Position numbers and translations under genes: made by a program. DNA of 64,000 nt. Source: Amoebophrya sp. A120. Taxonomy: Eukaryota; Protista; Dinoflagellata. The stretch is taken from assembly GCA_905178155.1 (NCBI GenBank), contig CAJINV010000003.1, positions 10,411,732 to 10,475,731 on the forward strand, written 5' to 3'. The notes beneath the pieces were generated by a model. The model had not been told where the DNA came from and made no database searches. It worked only from the letters and a program-made list of their open reading frames with translations. This document shows positions 11,447-24,300 of this stretch, one piece after another; position 1 is the stretch's first letter; each line of letters begins with the position of its first letter.

Positions 11447-14400
11447 ATGGTTTCCGGCAGCTATTCATCGAAAAAGGCGGACGATTTCGACACGGTGGAC
11501 CCATATGCGGGTATCCAGCTTGACACTGGCACCGCCGCATTCAGCTTTCCCTTCGACGATCCGAAACTACGCGAAGAGAAAAAACCCGCGCGCGCCCCTG
11601 CGAAGAGTAAACACATCGGTAATAGATTAGTGCCCGTATGTTCATCTTGGTCCTAGTAATTTGTTGACTTTTTGCATTCGGAAGATTGCAGCTCCGCCGC
11701 CGCCAACATCTTTCACTTCTTCGACCACGAAATACTTTGGATGACATTTATTTCAGATGTAAAAAGATCCGATCTGTCTTAGTGTCGGCGTATGTAAAAA
11801 GCGCTACGATTACGTATGGATATGGTCGTGCTACTCATGTGTCAGAGATAAAAATATGCATAAACGAAAACTAGCGGGGAGGTCTTGATCTCGAAATATA
11901 TAAAAAATAATAAGTAAAAATTTCCAGCGGGGGCCGTCGTCTCAAAAACCGGCAATGAAAGTGAAACAGAAGACTCGGAGGACTTCGAAACACTGGAAGC
12001 TTTTCTGAATGCGGGGAAGAAGAAGCAGAGGCCCTCAAGCGGACCGCTGTCGTCAAGTATGTGATAGTGCTCCTCCTAGCCAGCGATCTTCATGTTGCTC
12101 ATGCGCATTTTCATCGTCTGTGATATTTTTTTTTCTGTTCATCTTGCCCGGGCATGGCGTCAATTGTTTCAAGGCTCTATGGTCCTGTGATATTTATTTT
12201 GAGGCGTCCGTCGTTCTCGTTTGTTCACCTGTGATGTCTGTTTATTGTTGGTTCATATTCTTAAACTGCTTGTTGATGTTGTCGATCTTGATACGGGCGT
12301 TTGGATTTCTCATCCTCATGTATGTTCACTTTTGCACGAGCACGACCACAACACAGGTACTGCCGGTCCCGGTATGTAGCCCAAGAAAAAACCCAAAAGC
12401 GTTACAGACAGGACACACTTTTGCGGGTTCTTTAGGAACATGAACATCACAGCATCGCTCTGCATCGCAAGAAGAGAAAACAAAGATCTGGAATGCGGAG
12501 ATCCTCAAGGAAAAGACTCACGAAGCTGGGAGGTATCCCGAGCATAGCGGGCGAGATTGCCTTTCTTGCTTGAAGCATGATTTCTTTTCCGACCTACAGA
12601 GGTGCGTAAGAACCTGTAGCGCTCTTTTCGTTGCAAAGCGTCCTTCGTAGCTCTACGACCGGAAACTCAGATCCTGCGGTATCATGTGCGAAAGTATCAA
12701 TCTTACTTAGTACGTAGAACGAAAACCACTTGCACGATGGATAACCAAGTTTTCTTAGCGTAAGAAATGGAATTGGTATACGCGGACTTACCTCCTTGAG
12801 AAGGGCAGGGCTTGTAGTGCCCGACTGCAATTACTACTACGAGTGGGAGTGCGATACTTTTGCCATGCATCTGCGACGCGAGTTGACAAAACGCTGCGCT
12901 GGTCCCTGGACGGGGAGGTGGATTCGCCTGTTTTGGGCAGAAGTGGGGTAAGAAATATAAATATCAAAGACGATGACCAACAAGAACAAACGGCTTTGCT
13001 TCATAGACTCTTTTCCGTCTTTCTTCGCACAGATCACTTGTCGTATCCATATGACAGAAAGAACTGCAAGTACGAACATGATTTTGGTATAATAACTATA
13101 AACCGCAATCGCAAATGATACAGCTATCACTCGACCCAAAGCAGGTGGCAGCTGCCGCGGCCTCGTCCTTGCCCGCGACGAAACGAAGCAAGGACAGCAG
13201 TGGCAGTAGCGGCAGCGCATCGGGAGAGTCATCGTCTTTCGAGGAGCAGGACGGTGATGTGTTTGGCAAAGTCCAAAATTGGTCTGACTTCAAGCTGAAG
13301 GCCACTGGTTCCAGTGTTGGTGCTGACGAAGGCACCTCGCCTACAATTGCACCGCCAGCCGCCGCGACTTCTAAAATCAGTGACGGTGGCAGGAGCGGAG
13401 CAGCTGATCATGCGACCGTAGCTACAAGAACGAGCCCGCCCAAGGAGGATATCAAAGGTTCGACCGCTGATCAAATCCACACGACGAGCGGAGGCGAGCA
13501 GCAGGAGTCGCGCCAGTTGTACAACAACATCAGTATAATCAGTAAGAGGACGGGGGATACCGATACTCGCTCCGACATCACTTCTATCCCCGTCCTAGTA
13601 GAAAGCGCTTCCGCGCCGCGCCCCGTGACGATCGAATATGAATTAGAAGGCGACGAATATTCGGAGATTTCCGAGGACATCCTTCCGCGGGAGCATTCCC
13701 TGGCCAGCGCCAGCCAATCGTATGTGGACGACTTCGACGAGTACGAAGAGAGCGAGGCGCCCGTGTCCCCCGCCGGCTCCTCATCTTCTGCAGCATTTGC
13801 AGGCGGTGCAGTGTCCTCCAGCAGCAATAAAGCAGAAGCTCGCATGTCCGCGCGCAGTGAGCGTTCGCAAGCGTCGTCGACCGCACGGCAGCATCGCTCC
13901 GGTGAGGGTCGTAGTTCGTCTGCGTCGTCCTCGTCTTCATCCTCTGCGGCAGCTGCGGGCTATGGGAGTGTAGTCAGGATTGAAATCGTAATCGACAAAG
14001 TTGAGATAACTTGTAATGCATGAAATCGATACCAGTGGGCGGCCTAATTTCCAAGCGGTTCCTGACAAATTTCGGTACCGTCTAAATCCAGTCTGTCATG
14101 CAGTTTTTTTAGGGACAGAAGGCGTCTTTTGGCATGCTACTTTAGCAGCTCTACTGCAGACCCCAAACAGGCGGACAGTCGGCCTCGCTTGCCATCCCTG
14201 CACGGTAGGCGCTTCATGTCGTGCAATTTATGCATGAGAAATTATTTCAACTTTGTCGATTTCGACCCTGGCGCTTCCATACGGGCGAGGGCGAAGATAC
14301 TGTCGAGCAGTCCTCGAAGCGGCGGAAGCGGCCGTCTCCACGAGACCGCAGCGGTCTGCTGCGCAAGAGCCAGGGAGCAGACGGAACGACGGGCACTGGC

Positions 14401-15832
14401 GAGAGAGCCGGGACTTCGACTTTTTCCGCGCAGAGCAGTCCGGTCGCATTTGATAAGCACTACGCGTCCACCTCGCCATCGTCATCTGTGTTTGATCACG
14501 CCGACATTTACGTTGGCGGTCGCGGAGACCAGGAGCCTGAGCTTACCAGTATTATGATTGCTTCCGTCGACAAGCAGGCTGCGACATCATCTTCAAAAAT
14601 GCGGTTCGCAAAAGTCGGGGCTGGTACTACCACTGCAGGCGGGTCGTCTTTGTCTTCGTCGGAACGAGACGAAGGTGCTCGCTCAAGAAGACGACACGCC
14701 GACGTACAGATGACGGAATCGCTAAAAACCGAGGGTCACAATACGGCGTCTTCCACCGCGAGCGCAAGCAAACCTGTAAAGCACCGTGCGCGCGAGATCG
14801 CAATCCAAACAGATGGACCAGGAGTCATGGGCGACTCAGGACAACCACAGTACTCGATTGGGGCACCTGGTGGTGCACTTCCGGCGTTTGGTGGAGCTGG
14901 AGCGGCAGCGCCACCGTATGCAGCTGCGCCCCAAGCCGCGCCGCCCTACGTTGCAATGGGATCGCAGCATCATCATCCGTACTACCCCTGTCCACCGCAT
15001 GCGCCGTCGATGCTGGCAGGTGCAGCATCGCCGTTCCTTGGGTATTACCCGCCGCCGTACTATCCGCAGTACGGAGCGTCGCTGGGAGCTTCCTATCAGC
15101 CTCAGTGGACATCAGGATCCAGGACGGTGCCGCTCTCTGAGCACGAGAGCCAGCGCTACAGCCAAATGCGCCGAGACCTCTTCCGGAATGCGCTGCAACA
15201 GGGTAGTACACAGGCGGAAGGTACTTCCACCGAAGAAACGGAAGAGATGTTTTTATTGTCCTGCTGCGTCTCTTGCTCTTCAATCAAGTTTGAGAGGTCT
15301 GCCCTTCTTGAAGAGTCACCTGCCTTGAGCAAGTTTTAATACTTGATCAATGATCAAGGCAGTTTATTGATAGAATGCACAAGATTGGCGATCGTGAGAG
15401 TCATAGTGTACGAATCGGAAAATCCTGACATCTGCATCTGGATATGTTGGATTGAAATGTACACATTCCGAAACCAATAAAAGCGAGGGCTAGTAAGGGC
15501 TCACTTTGATCTACCCAGGCGCAGGCCCGACCGCGCTCTCCCGTACAGCTTCTTGGGCTGAAACGCAGGACGAAGACGGCGTCGCGCACGGCCAGACAAC
15601 CCCGCCGCTTGCTTCGAAATCCAACACGACCTTGAAAGACGAAGAGTTTATGCCTCCGTCACGAATTCCACCAACAACGGTACCGCGCAACTCGGCCGAG
15701 GCGGAAAAGGAAAACGTACTTCCAGCCCGCTCCGAGCACGGTGTAGACCCAGCGCCTGCGAGGGATCCGCTCGGTCCTATGCGTATCCACCGTGATAAAT
15801 GTAATGCAGCCGCACCAGACGTGATACGATAG
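11447..15832 (+). CDS. Multi-exon, low-complexity (Ser/Ala/Pro-rich) uncharacterised protein; exon limits approximate
   Basis: ATG at 11447 (MVSGSYSSKKADDF...); long ORFs 13115-13960 and 14287-15250 join in frame across 13961-14286; probable last exon 15519-15832. Confidence 0.55.
13961..14286 (+). other. Non-canonical IR/DR intron (introner-like)
   Basis: CGGGC duplicated at 13956-60 and 14282-86; ~55-nt inverted repeat TATGGGAGTG.../...CGCTTCCATA; removal gives AAG|EGEDT in frame. Confidence 0.8.
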
Positions 15833-16313
15833 GAGTAGGACTAGGAGTTGTTCTACAGCTACAGCAGGCAGAATGACAGTTATAAAGTCGTGGCGAAAAT
15901 AGAATTACAGGACGTCAACGCCGGCGAAGTACGATGTGATACGGGTGAGTCCACCAACATGCGTATATCAATCGAGGTGGGAAATAAGCCGGGTTGTCAG
16001 TCGAAAGTCGCACAGACTTCATATCGTTCTACATGTGCGGTTGTAAAGAACTGGTGAAGGTCCATAATGCGCACGCCGTTGTTGCAAGCCTTGGAACTGG
16101 TATCAAACTTAAACAAAAAGATCGTGTTCGTCACGAATACTCCTGCGCATTTTTGCAATACAAAACGAAAATTTTCTGTCATGCGTAAAATTGCATGACA
16201 GTCGGGTCGCATTTACTTACCACTTGCGTTTGTCTTTTTGCAATGCACGAAAATCAAAATAATTCAACGATGCCAGAAAAAAATCGGATGCAAACAAACG
16301 AGCAAAACAGGGG

Positions 16314-16722
16314 CTATGACCACGAGCTTTTTTCTTTCCACATTTGGTGGACCAAAACTTCGTTGATCAGTTCAAACTGCTGCGCGCCCAGGCCGCCATT
16401 CACCGCGAGCGGATGCTCAGTTTGCAGAACCGACGCCCTGGCTTCAGATACACTAACTCCGCAGACTAGGAATCGCCACAAGTCCTCCCTCATTTGAAGA
16501 GTATGAGCCAGATTTGATGAAGTGCGCTGGTGCCTCCAGTCGCTCTTCCAGCACATACACCAAGAGAAGTATGCTTACCTTGACATCCCGATCGCCTGCT
16601 CGGAGAGTGCTTAGCTCTCGACACTGCCTCAGCTTCGGCCATGCTTTTCTGATTTTCGAGTCTAGTGACAAACTACTGACTGTGCGCAAGTCTTGCACTT
16701 GGTGCGAGCTCTTGGTGGCCAC
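16314..16722 (-). CDS. Possible terminal exons of a minus-strand gene
   Basis: Two adjacent minus-strand ORFs with an AAG|GTAAGC donor near 16578; no recognisable homology. Confidence 0.25.
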
Positions 16723-16758
16723 GGGCGAATAGTTATAACGTTCCGTATGTCTTCTTTT

Positions 16759-16803
16759 ACAGCATGGCTACATACGTAGTTACTACGTATGTAGCCATGC
16801 TGT
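16759..16803. repeat. Perfect 22-bp-arm palindrome
   Basis: ACAGCATGGCTACATACGTAGT-T-ACTACGTATGTAGCCATGCTGT. Confidence 0.97.
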
Positions 16804-17184
16804 TGTCGGCCGTTTGAGTATGATAATGATTGCTGCAGTGCACCATCAGAAGTGGGCTGTCGCCCGTCGCCTTTCTGTGCGCACCATCAGACGCGCATTA
16901 AATCGCGATGCTTGTAAGTGTGTATAACTCCGCGTTGATCACTAAGCTCGGTGGCGCTTTTGTTTCCGGCCTGCTTTACTGCACACGCAAGAAGCTCGCC
17001 GCTGGGCCTACAAGCTTGGGGCTTAACTCTCCTGTTCGACTTTCTCTCTTCCCATGAGGCGACGGGTCGGGAGATTGTTTTGTTGGGGGTTGAAGATGCT
17101 CCTCAGCGCTTAGGGTTCTTGCATCTTCTGGACACCGAGCGTGAGGGTGGTAGCGCGAAGTGAACCCCGATCGGACTTCCCTTC

Positions 17185-17288
17185 ACTGCTAAAACGGGTG
17201 GTGTTGCGTCGTCCGAGATGCCTGGCTCTCAATGCAATCCAGTGCAAACAATTAACATTCAGGAAGGTTAGGTGGTTACAACAGCAGT
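17185..17288 (+). ncRNA. Candidate structured RNA module, divergent copy A
   Basis: ACTGCT-AAAA-CGGG...AGCAGT multi-stem fold shared with the 20390-20540 and 33546-33695 copies. Confidence 0.4.
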
Positions 17289-18399
17289 TTCTGGCTCGCC
17301 TTGGCAGCTCGTACAGTGCCGAAGAAGCTTGCGCTAAATTGTATTTATGTCGGATTGAAGCACCTACGCTTCCGTGTAAGTATTCATAGTGTCTTGCCGG
17401 CGCCGGTTCGCCTGGGTCATCTTCACTTGCCAGTAACTACGACTTGGAAGTTGCGGCGTCCAGCATCATCTCATGCAAGATCTCGTGCCAAATGCAAAAG
17501 ACGGAGAGTCGAATACGAATTGTGAGGTTTCGCTTTATTTTGCATGAGTACTACAGCTACAAACGAGGGAGGGGGATTTGCGGACTCTCCATACAGACGT
17601 GAAGCGTCTGCTCGCGGAGCAGACCAAGCGACTCAACCGCGCAGCGGGGCGATAGGCAGCTGGTCTTAATTGGCGTGCTTGTATACTACAAATGGTAGTG
17701 TTATATATATTAAGAGAAAAAAGTAGACGACACCGAGTGGACCACGAAGATCACAAGTTTTAATTGTCCTACGGTCTACGACACGTGGAGCAGGAAGATT
17801 TTTTGTTTTCCTTTTTGTTTTTGTCTTTCGCTTCCTCTTCTACAATACATGCAAGAGCCGAAGTGCAGCGCAACATCAAAAACATAAACAATTTATGATA
17901 TACATTTACATCACCTCTTGCTTGCGGTACAAGTTGAAGTTGTTACAGAGAGCAACAAATTCGACAAGAGAAAGCAAAGCTAGACTTTCCTCTTGCGTTC
18001 TCTGGCGATTCCATTTTGATTTGCCGACAATGTCAATGTTGAACAGCTTTGCTTTATTGTTTGGGTTGTGCATCGCGGGAGTCGGCCCGGGGGGCCCTTC
18101 TGATTGCCATTTGGTTGATTCGGCGGCCCGCTGTGTGGCTATCTATCCGCCACGAGCGCAGCGCGTAAGTCATCTCAGTGTCAGAGTAGTCAGAGAGCTG
18201 CAGCTGCCTCAGAGCGGGGGCGGGCAGATTTCTGTAGACGATCAAGTAAGAGCAAAACGAATAAAGGATGCTCACGCTACCGCACTTCGATTTTGATGTT
18301 CGGCACTTGTTCATCACCTGTTATAGTATAGTGCTTTTTAAGCTACCGCTAACCCTATGCGCCAAAAAATGAGTCCGCGTTCACAACTTTTCTCCCTCT

Positions 18400-21300
18400 T
18401 TGCGGCGATTTCGAATCGCAGTGGATAGAAGAACAAGGCGAACGTGCTTCGTGTTCTTTGCCCTTCTCGTCTGCCCGTTCGCGGGCCGGGAGCACGAACA
18501 TGATGCTGATAATTACTACAAACATGAAGAACCCATCAAACAAGAACGGCTCAACATATTAAGTCACTATGCTTACTCCGAAAGCGGGGGTCGTAGGGTC
18601 CGGGTCGCCGGGCCCGTCCAGAACTTGCGCAGTACTTCGCTGCGGATGTTTCGCCTCTGGAATTTCAGAGCCTGTCAGGCACAAGATGGAGTGGTCTTGC
18701 GAAGCTAACAAGTGCTCCCAGTGTCGCACTCCGCGAAACGGAGCCGGGCTGTTGCACTGAGGTCGCCCCGGGGTCGCCCCCAAATGTTATGCGACGCGCC
18801 AACATTTACATTTTGCGCCGGAAGAGGCTTCGGCGTGTCGGCGCCGCGCGCGCCTTCTCCTTGGTAGGTACCCAAACCAGGCCGCGAAGACAGGCCGCAG
18901 GGACCGCCCGGCGGTGGCTTCAATTCCAGAGGCGTTTCGTTGTCTCCCTGCACACTTGTGCACTTCGCGCAAATGAGCTGCTGTGGCAGCGCCATCGCGT
19001 AACGCACGTTACACGGCGGCTCTCTGTTTCACTTGTGCCTGCCCGGCCGTGTCAATAGTGCTCCCCTTGGCGGCCGCTTTAATTTCAGAGGCATGTCCAT
19101 GCCTATATGCACGCTTGCGCACGTTGCAAAAAGCTTGCCACCGCCGTGCCATCGTGTAACGCACGTTACACGACGGCCCTCTGCTTCGCCGCAGCCCCCT
19201 TCGCGTGTGGGGAGCTGTGTGCGAAAAGCCTTGCCGCTTTGGGTTGTAAGGAGGCGCCCTCGTCCTCTCCTCTGGGTAAGGCGCCCGCCAGCTAGCCATA
19301 AGAGGGGCAAGGCGCTGCTGGCTCGCCTGCCGGGCTGCGTCTCTCACTCTTGGTAAGTGAGCAGCGGCCCTCGCCGTCGCCTTCGTGTCAGTCCTGGTTG
19401 GAGGTGGTGCGCGACTGTGCTCACCCTCGCTCGCAGCTGCAAACAGGCGACGGCCCTTCTGTTTTGTTCCTGATGCGCCCCGCCGAGAGGATTTCTTTTT
19501 CTTGTGGCGTGCGGGCCTTGTTCTCCGGGATCCTCGATTTAGTGGCGCGCAGCTACCCGCTCCGACTGGAATTTAACGAAGTTTGCCGGGTGAGTGTGTT
19601 TCCTTTCTTTCTGCCGGACCAATTGAGTTGTAGTTTGTCATGCTCACAACTGTGTGATACCATCAGGATTTCGAACAAGAGCTTACCCCATGCCGACCCG
19701 GCGCCACGGGAAGGCACTGGGATGACTTCATGTGGGGGGCTGGCGAAAACGTACAGGGGCCTTCTCTTTTTTTTTTCCGTTTGGCCAGCGGACAGAGGGC
19801 GGCTGGGGATGCCGGCCGCTCGTTTCCAAATAAAACCAAGGCGACCATCTTCATTGAGTAGACTAATCTACTGAAGCAATAAATAGAAACTTCAAGACCG
19901 CGAAAAAAAAAAAGAAAAGAAAGCAGGAAAAAAAAAGAAAGCGATGACCTGCAGTGCTATCAGAGAAAAAGAAAAGATCCTGAGGAAAAGAAAGAGAAAA
20001 ATCATAAAAAGATGCGCAGAGCTCAGGCACTAAAGTCGCAGGGGTGGGTGGTGTATAAACATAAAAGCGCCACGACCGATAGCACACACAGAAGCGGCAA
20101 GAGAGAAAAAAAGAAATAAACACCATACCTCCCTGCGCAGGTTGATCAAGCAAAGTGTGAAAAGCTTCGGCTATGCACGGCGCTTGGAGGATCTCGTATA
20201 CCTGTTGGGCCCTTGGGCACAGTGGTCAGGCTTCGGCCGGTTGTTAGGTAGTCCTGTTCGACACTAGGCGACCACCGGAGGAGAAGGGGTTGCCTGGTGG
20301 TTGGTCGGGGGTTAGGACGAGTGCCACGGATGAGGAGGTAGTGGCGCTTGTTCTTGAATGCCAGCGGCAAGAGGAGGCGCCAATGGCAAACTCCCACCGG
20401 GTGGCCGGTCACTGCTAAAACGGGCGGTGAAACGTCACCCGGTGTGCGGAAGGGTTTCACTCTTCTGCAGATATTCTTACCTTCAGGATTACGTAGCAGT
20501 ATGCGAGAGGATTTTTCCCGCTCACCTTAAGAAGCGCACACGTCATTCTTTTTCTTGTGGCTTGTGCTGGTTATTTCCATTTGTTCTGCCGCTTCTGATC
20601 TGCCGCTCGGTGGGTGTTCTGCTTCTTTCAGAGCTGCGGTCGGATCTTGGCTTGGTCATCCGCAACTTCTTTGGAGATTCGCCGGTGTGAAGCTTCGTCC
20701 GGAACTTTTTCCACGATTGTCTCAGAACTTGCAAAAAACTTGTTTTGGAACTTGCAAAGTTTTTTTTTTTGGCTTTTCTTTTTTTCTCGTTCCGCGATGG
20801 GATAGCCAATTACAATTTTCCGCCTTTCTTTTTCGGTCTGCGAAACGTTTTTCTGCAAGTTCCGAGACAAGTCTGCGGACAAGTTCCGAGACTAGGTCCG
20901 GAAAAAGTTCCGAAACAAGTGCCGCCGCAAATTTCTGAACAAACCCCAGAGCAAGTAGCCCCGGAACAAGGCCCGGGGCAAAGCTCCTGCGTGTGCAAGG
21001 GCCCCGCGGGCAGGCTTCTGGGGCGCTAGTTTCGGAACAAACTAGCTAGGCCCGCTACATGGCCCATGAGGGTGGTCCGGGCCGTCGCGCCGGCAAGAGT
21101 GTGGCGTCGGTCTGAGGGCGCCGACCTTCGCCACTGCCAGTGGGTCACGTCCTCTGGGAGGGGGCGGTGCTCTGGTGTGATCCTGTTAGAAGGCCTCGCA
21201 GCCCTAAAGGGCGGCCGTCGGACCGCCCAGGGGCGGGGCTTCCGGGACTCTGAAGAAACGGCAACGGGGTTTCATGGCGTCGGAGGCAGCCTGGGTGCTG

Positions 21301-24300
21301 GCTCGGCGCAGCCAACAAGCAAGCTTGTCTCCCCCGCGGCGCCCGGTGTGGATGTGTCGGCCCCTGTCGTCCGGTGGGCCCGCGGAGATTGTTTCTATTT
21401 TGTTGTCATTGCGCGCGCGCCCGAAGCGCTTTGTTTTTATCACATTGGAGCAAACGAAGCCGCGCGCCATCGTGTAACGCGCGTTACGCGACGGCGTTGT
21501 CGTTTCGTCCTGTCGCCTGCTGCGCAGCTGTGGCATGCTTCCGGCTCCTGTAGAAGCACTGTTTCACCACAGAGCGACACTCGCTCTCGCGTCCCCCCTC
21601 TGGCGCAACACCTCAAAGAAAGGCCTCCTTTCATGTCGTGCCGACAGCCGCGAGCACGGGCGCCCGCTCGGCTATAGGGGATGCATGCTGCATCGCGCCC
21701 ATCTTCGGTTGGTGTGCAAGCGTGTTTCCGTAGCGTTTGGTCGTCGCTGGGGTGGTTCGTCTCGGTGGGCTGCTGCCTCGCACCAACATGCAGCCAGCAA
21801 CCACCTGAGCAGAATAAACCGGTGGAAGGCTCCTCCTACTGGGGCTGGGCCCTCGTTGCCTGGCACCCCGGCGCCCTCTCGTATTGCCCCATCCGGGAAT
21901 CGGCCCGACAATTTCTGGGCAAGTTCTGTGCGAGTTCAGCGCCGCATACATCTAGACCCATGCTTTCGGAGTAACACTATGCGAATAGTTGTACTGGAAC
22001 CAACACGACCTTAGCTGCTTTCGCCGTCGCTGCGAAAACCTTTGATCTCCGCCGGAGCCGGCAACCACCGGCATCCACACAACGGGGCGCCGCACCGGTG
22101 CGCTCTTTTGCGCTTCACAACAGCAGGCGTCAGGTGTATGAGGAGCATGTTGTGTCGACTGGTGAGGTCGTTTGTCGTGCTGTTTGGTCCTGATGCGAGA
22201 ACGTATTGGAGCGACGGGAACAAGAGCTTCCTTGTCAGTGGGCTGAGCATCCAGAAAAGCCTCCACCAGAGAGATGCATCTTTCACTTCGGCTTTGGGAA
22301 CTACATCAAGATCAACGTCCAAAACGGGAATTGAGAAGACCTGGAAAAATGTCGTTGCGCAGGAGAAGCAAGAAGTAAAGGATAATGCGCAGGAGCTCTT
22401 AGGGGGGACTGCCGGTGCTTCGAGTGACGACGCTTCGCTGAGTGCTGCCGCGGCAAGAGCCACAGATGCAGCGCTCGTCGAAATAATCGAGGCAAACTCA
22501 AACGAACACCACCACCCTGTGATCGTTACAAACGGCGACCCCCGTTACCGTCCTCGCACGATAACGAGACCAGGACGAAGCCAAAACGAAGCCAATCGGG
22601 CAGCTTTTACAAGGGCCCACCTCTGGCAACGCAAAACGCCGGCAAGTTTTCCCATAGTGGTCGGCCGAGACGTTTACAGGGCCCCCAGCCTCTGGCGTTT
22701 CTGCTGCAAGTAAGCGGGGGCGCCATTTGCGTTGTTCGCTCTGTGGGCTCGGGCGCATCGCCTTAAGCATAGGGAGAAGCCCGCCGGCGACGCAGCGTGC
22801 CGCCGGGCTCAATTTTTGAGCCGCATGGCACTACAGCAAACGCAAAAGGCCCTGGCTGTCGGCGTCGCAGCGCTTTGCGCTTCCCACATGCCCAGGGGGC
22901 GCCGCTTTCGTCTTGCCTGCCTGTGGCTACTATGCGAAGCCCCAGCGCCCCGCGCAGTGCCTGCTATATTCAAATCGTTACGGCCGCACTTTGGCCCAGT
23001 AGATATTTGCACGCGGCCACCCCTTGCCGGCATCGCCGGAAAACCGAAGCCAAAACGAGGCCAAAACGAAGCCAAAGGGCAAAAAAGCCGAGGCCAAAAC
23101 GAAGCCAGAGCGAGGCCAAAACGAGGCCAAAACGAGGCCAGGCAACCGCGTTGCGTGTCTGGAAGGGGAACGCGAAAAGTTTTGGATTTTTGTCGTCGCC
23201 CGGCTCGCGCTGCCGTGCCGCCGTGGAAGCGACACCAAAACGAGGCCCAGACGAGGCCAAAACGAGGCCCCGCGGCCTAATTCTGGGCCTCATCTTTCCG
23301 GCAAAAAGTTGCAAGGCTTGGCCGCATTTTTTTCGGACGGCTTTGGCTTCGTTTTGGCCTGGTTTTGGCTTCGTTTTGGCCTGCGCCCTTTCGGACCGTT
23401 CTGGGCCATTATCTGCAGCAGGGGCATGGGCCCAACTTCCGCAGCAGGCGCGAGGACTTTCTTATTTTGGACAGCGAGCGGCGTCTAGGTGGGGGCACCC
23501 GGTAGACGAGCTCTGGCGTGGTCATTGACTAGCGCGGGCACTATCTTTCTGGTCGCAATCCGATGCGGCTCAAAATTTGGGCCGCGTGGCATGCTGCCCG
23601 CGAATCGATAGCCCCGTGGCCCATGCCCCAGTATGGGCATCAATATGAAGAAAATAATTTAGACTCCGCGGGGCGCGCTAGTCATTCTGAGGCAGTTGCA
23701 GGGACCACGCGCCGGCGGCATGGAGTAGAGCTACACAGCCCCCGGCCGCGACGTTGTCGGCGCCCGCGCGAATGCCAAAAAGCGACAGGCCTGGCCTCGT
23801 TTTGGCTTCGTCCGGGTCTCGTTCTCGGGTCTCGGCGGTAATGGGCGCGCCGTTTGTAAGATCGGCGCGGCCGCGAATGGCGGGAATTCGTCAAATTCGT
23901 CAAATGACACAAGGAACCACGCGGTGGACAGTGTCGCTATGGGTTGTATGTGGGCGATTTTCCAGCTGCAGCTGCTAGCCGCGACTACTAGCGAATAAAA
24001 GCTAGGTTGTTAGCATGCGGATTTTCCTAGTATAGTACAGTTTATGTTGTGATAGTGATGCAAAACATGAAGAAACTGTTTCTTCATGATAACGATCAAA
24101 CAAACAGAAAGCCTACCAAGCCCAAAGTTACTCCATAGTACACTTCTGCATGCAGTTGCGTGGTGTGCTTTTGCAATGACAAAACATAAACACAGACAGT
24201 GGACGCGGAGCACTTTTGCAAATCCGCATAGCAGAAGGAGGCTTCGATTTTTTGTTTGGGCTAGCAGCAGTTCGTTGCTCAAACCACTCACCTCCTCTCT

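Noticed and set aside
20395-20540. U1 snRNA, group II intron domain V or hammerhead ribozyme
   Set aside because: CTTACCT is internal rather than 5'-terminal; the domain V 3' strand and the CUGANGA/GAAA core are absent
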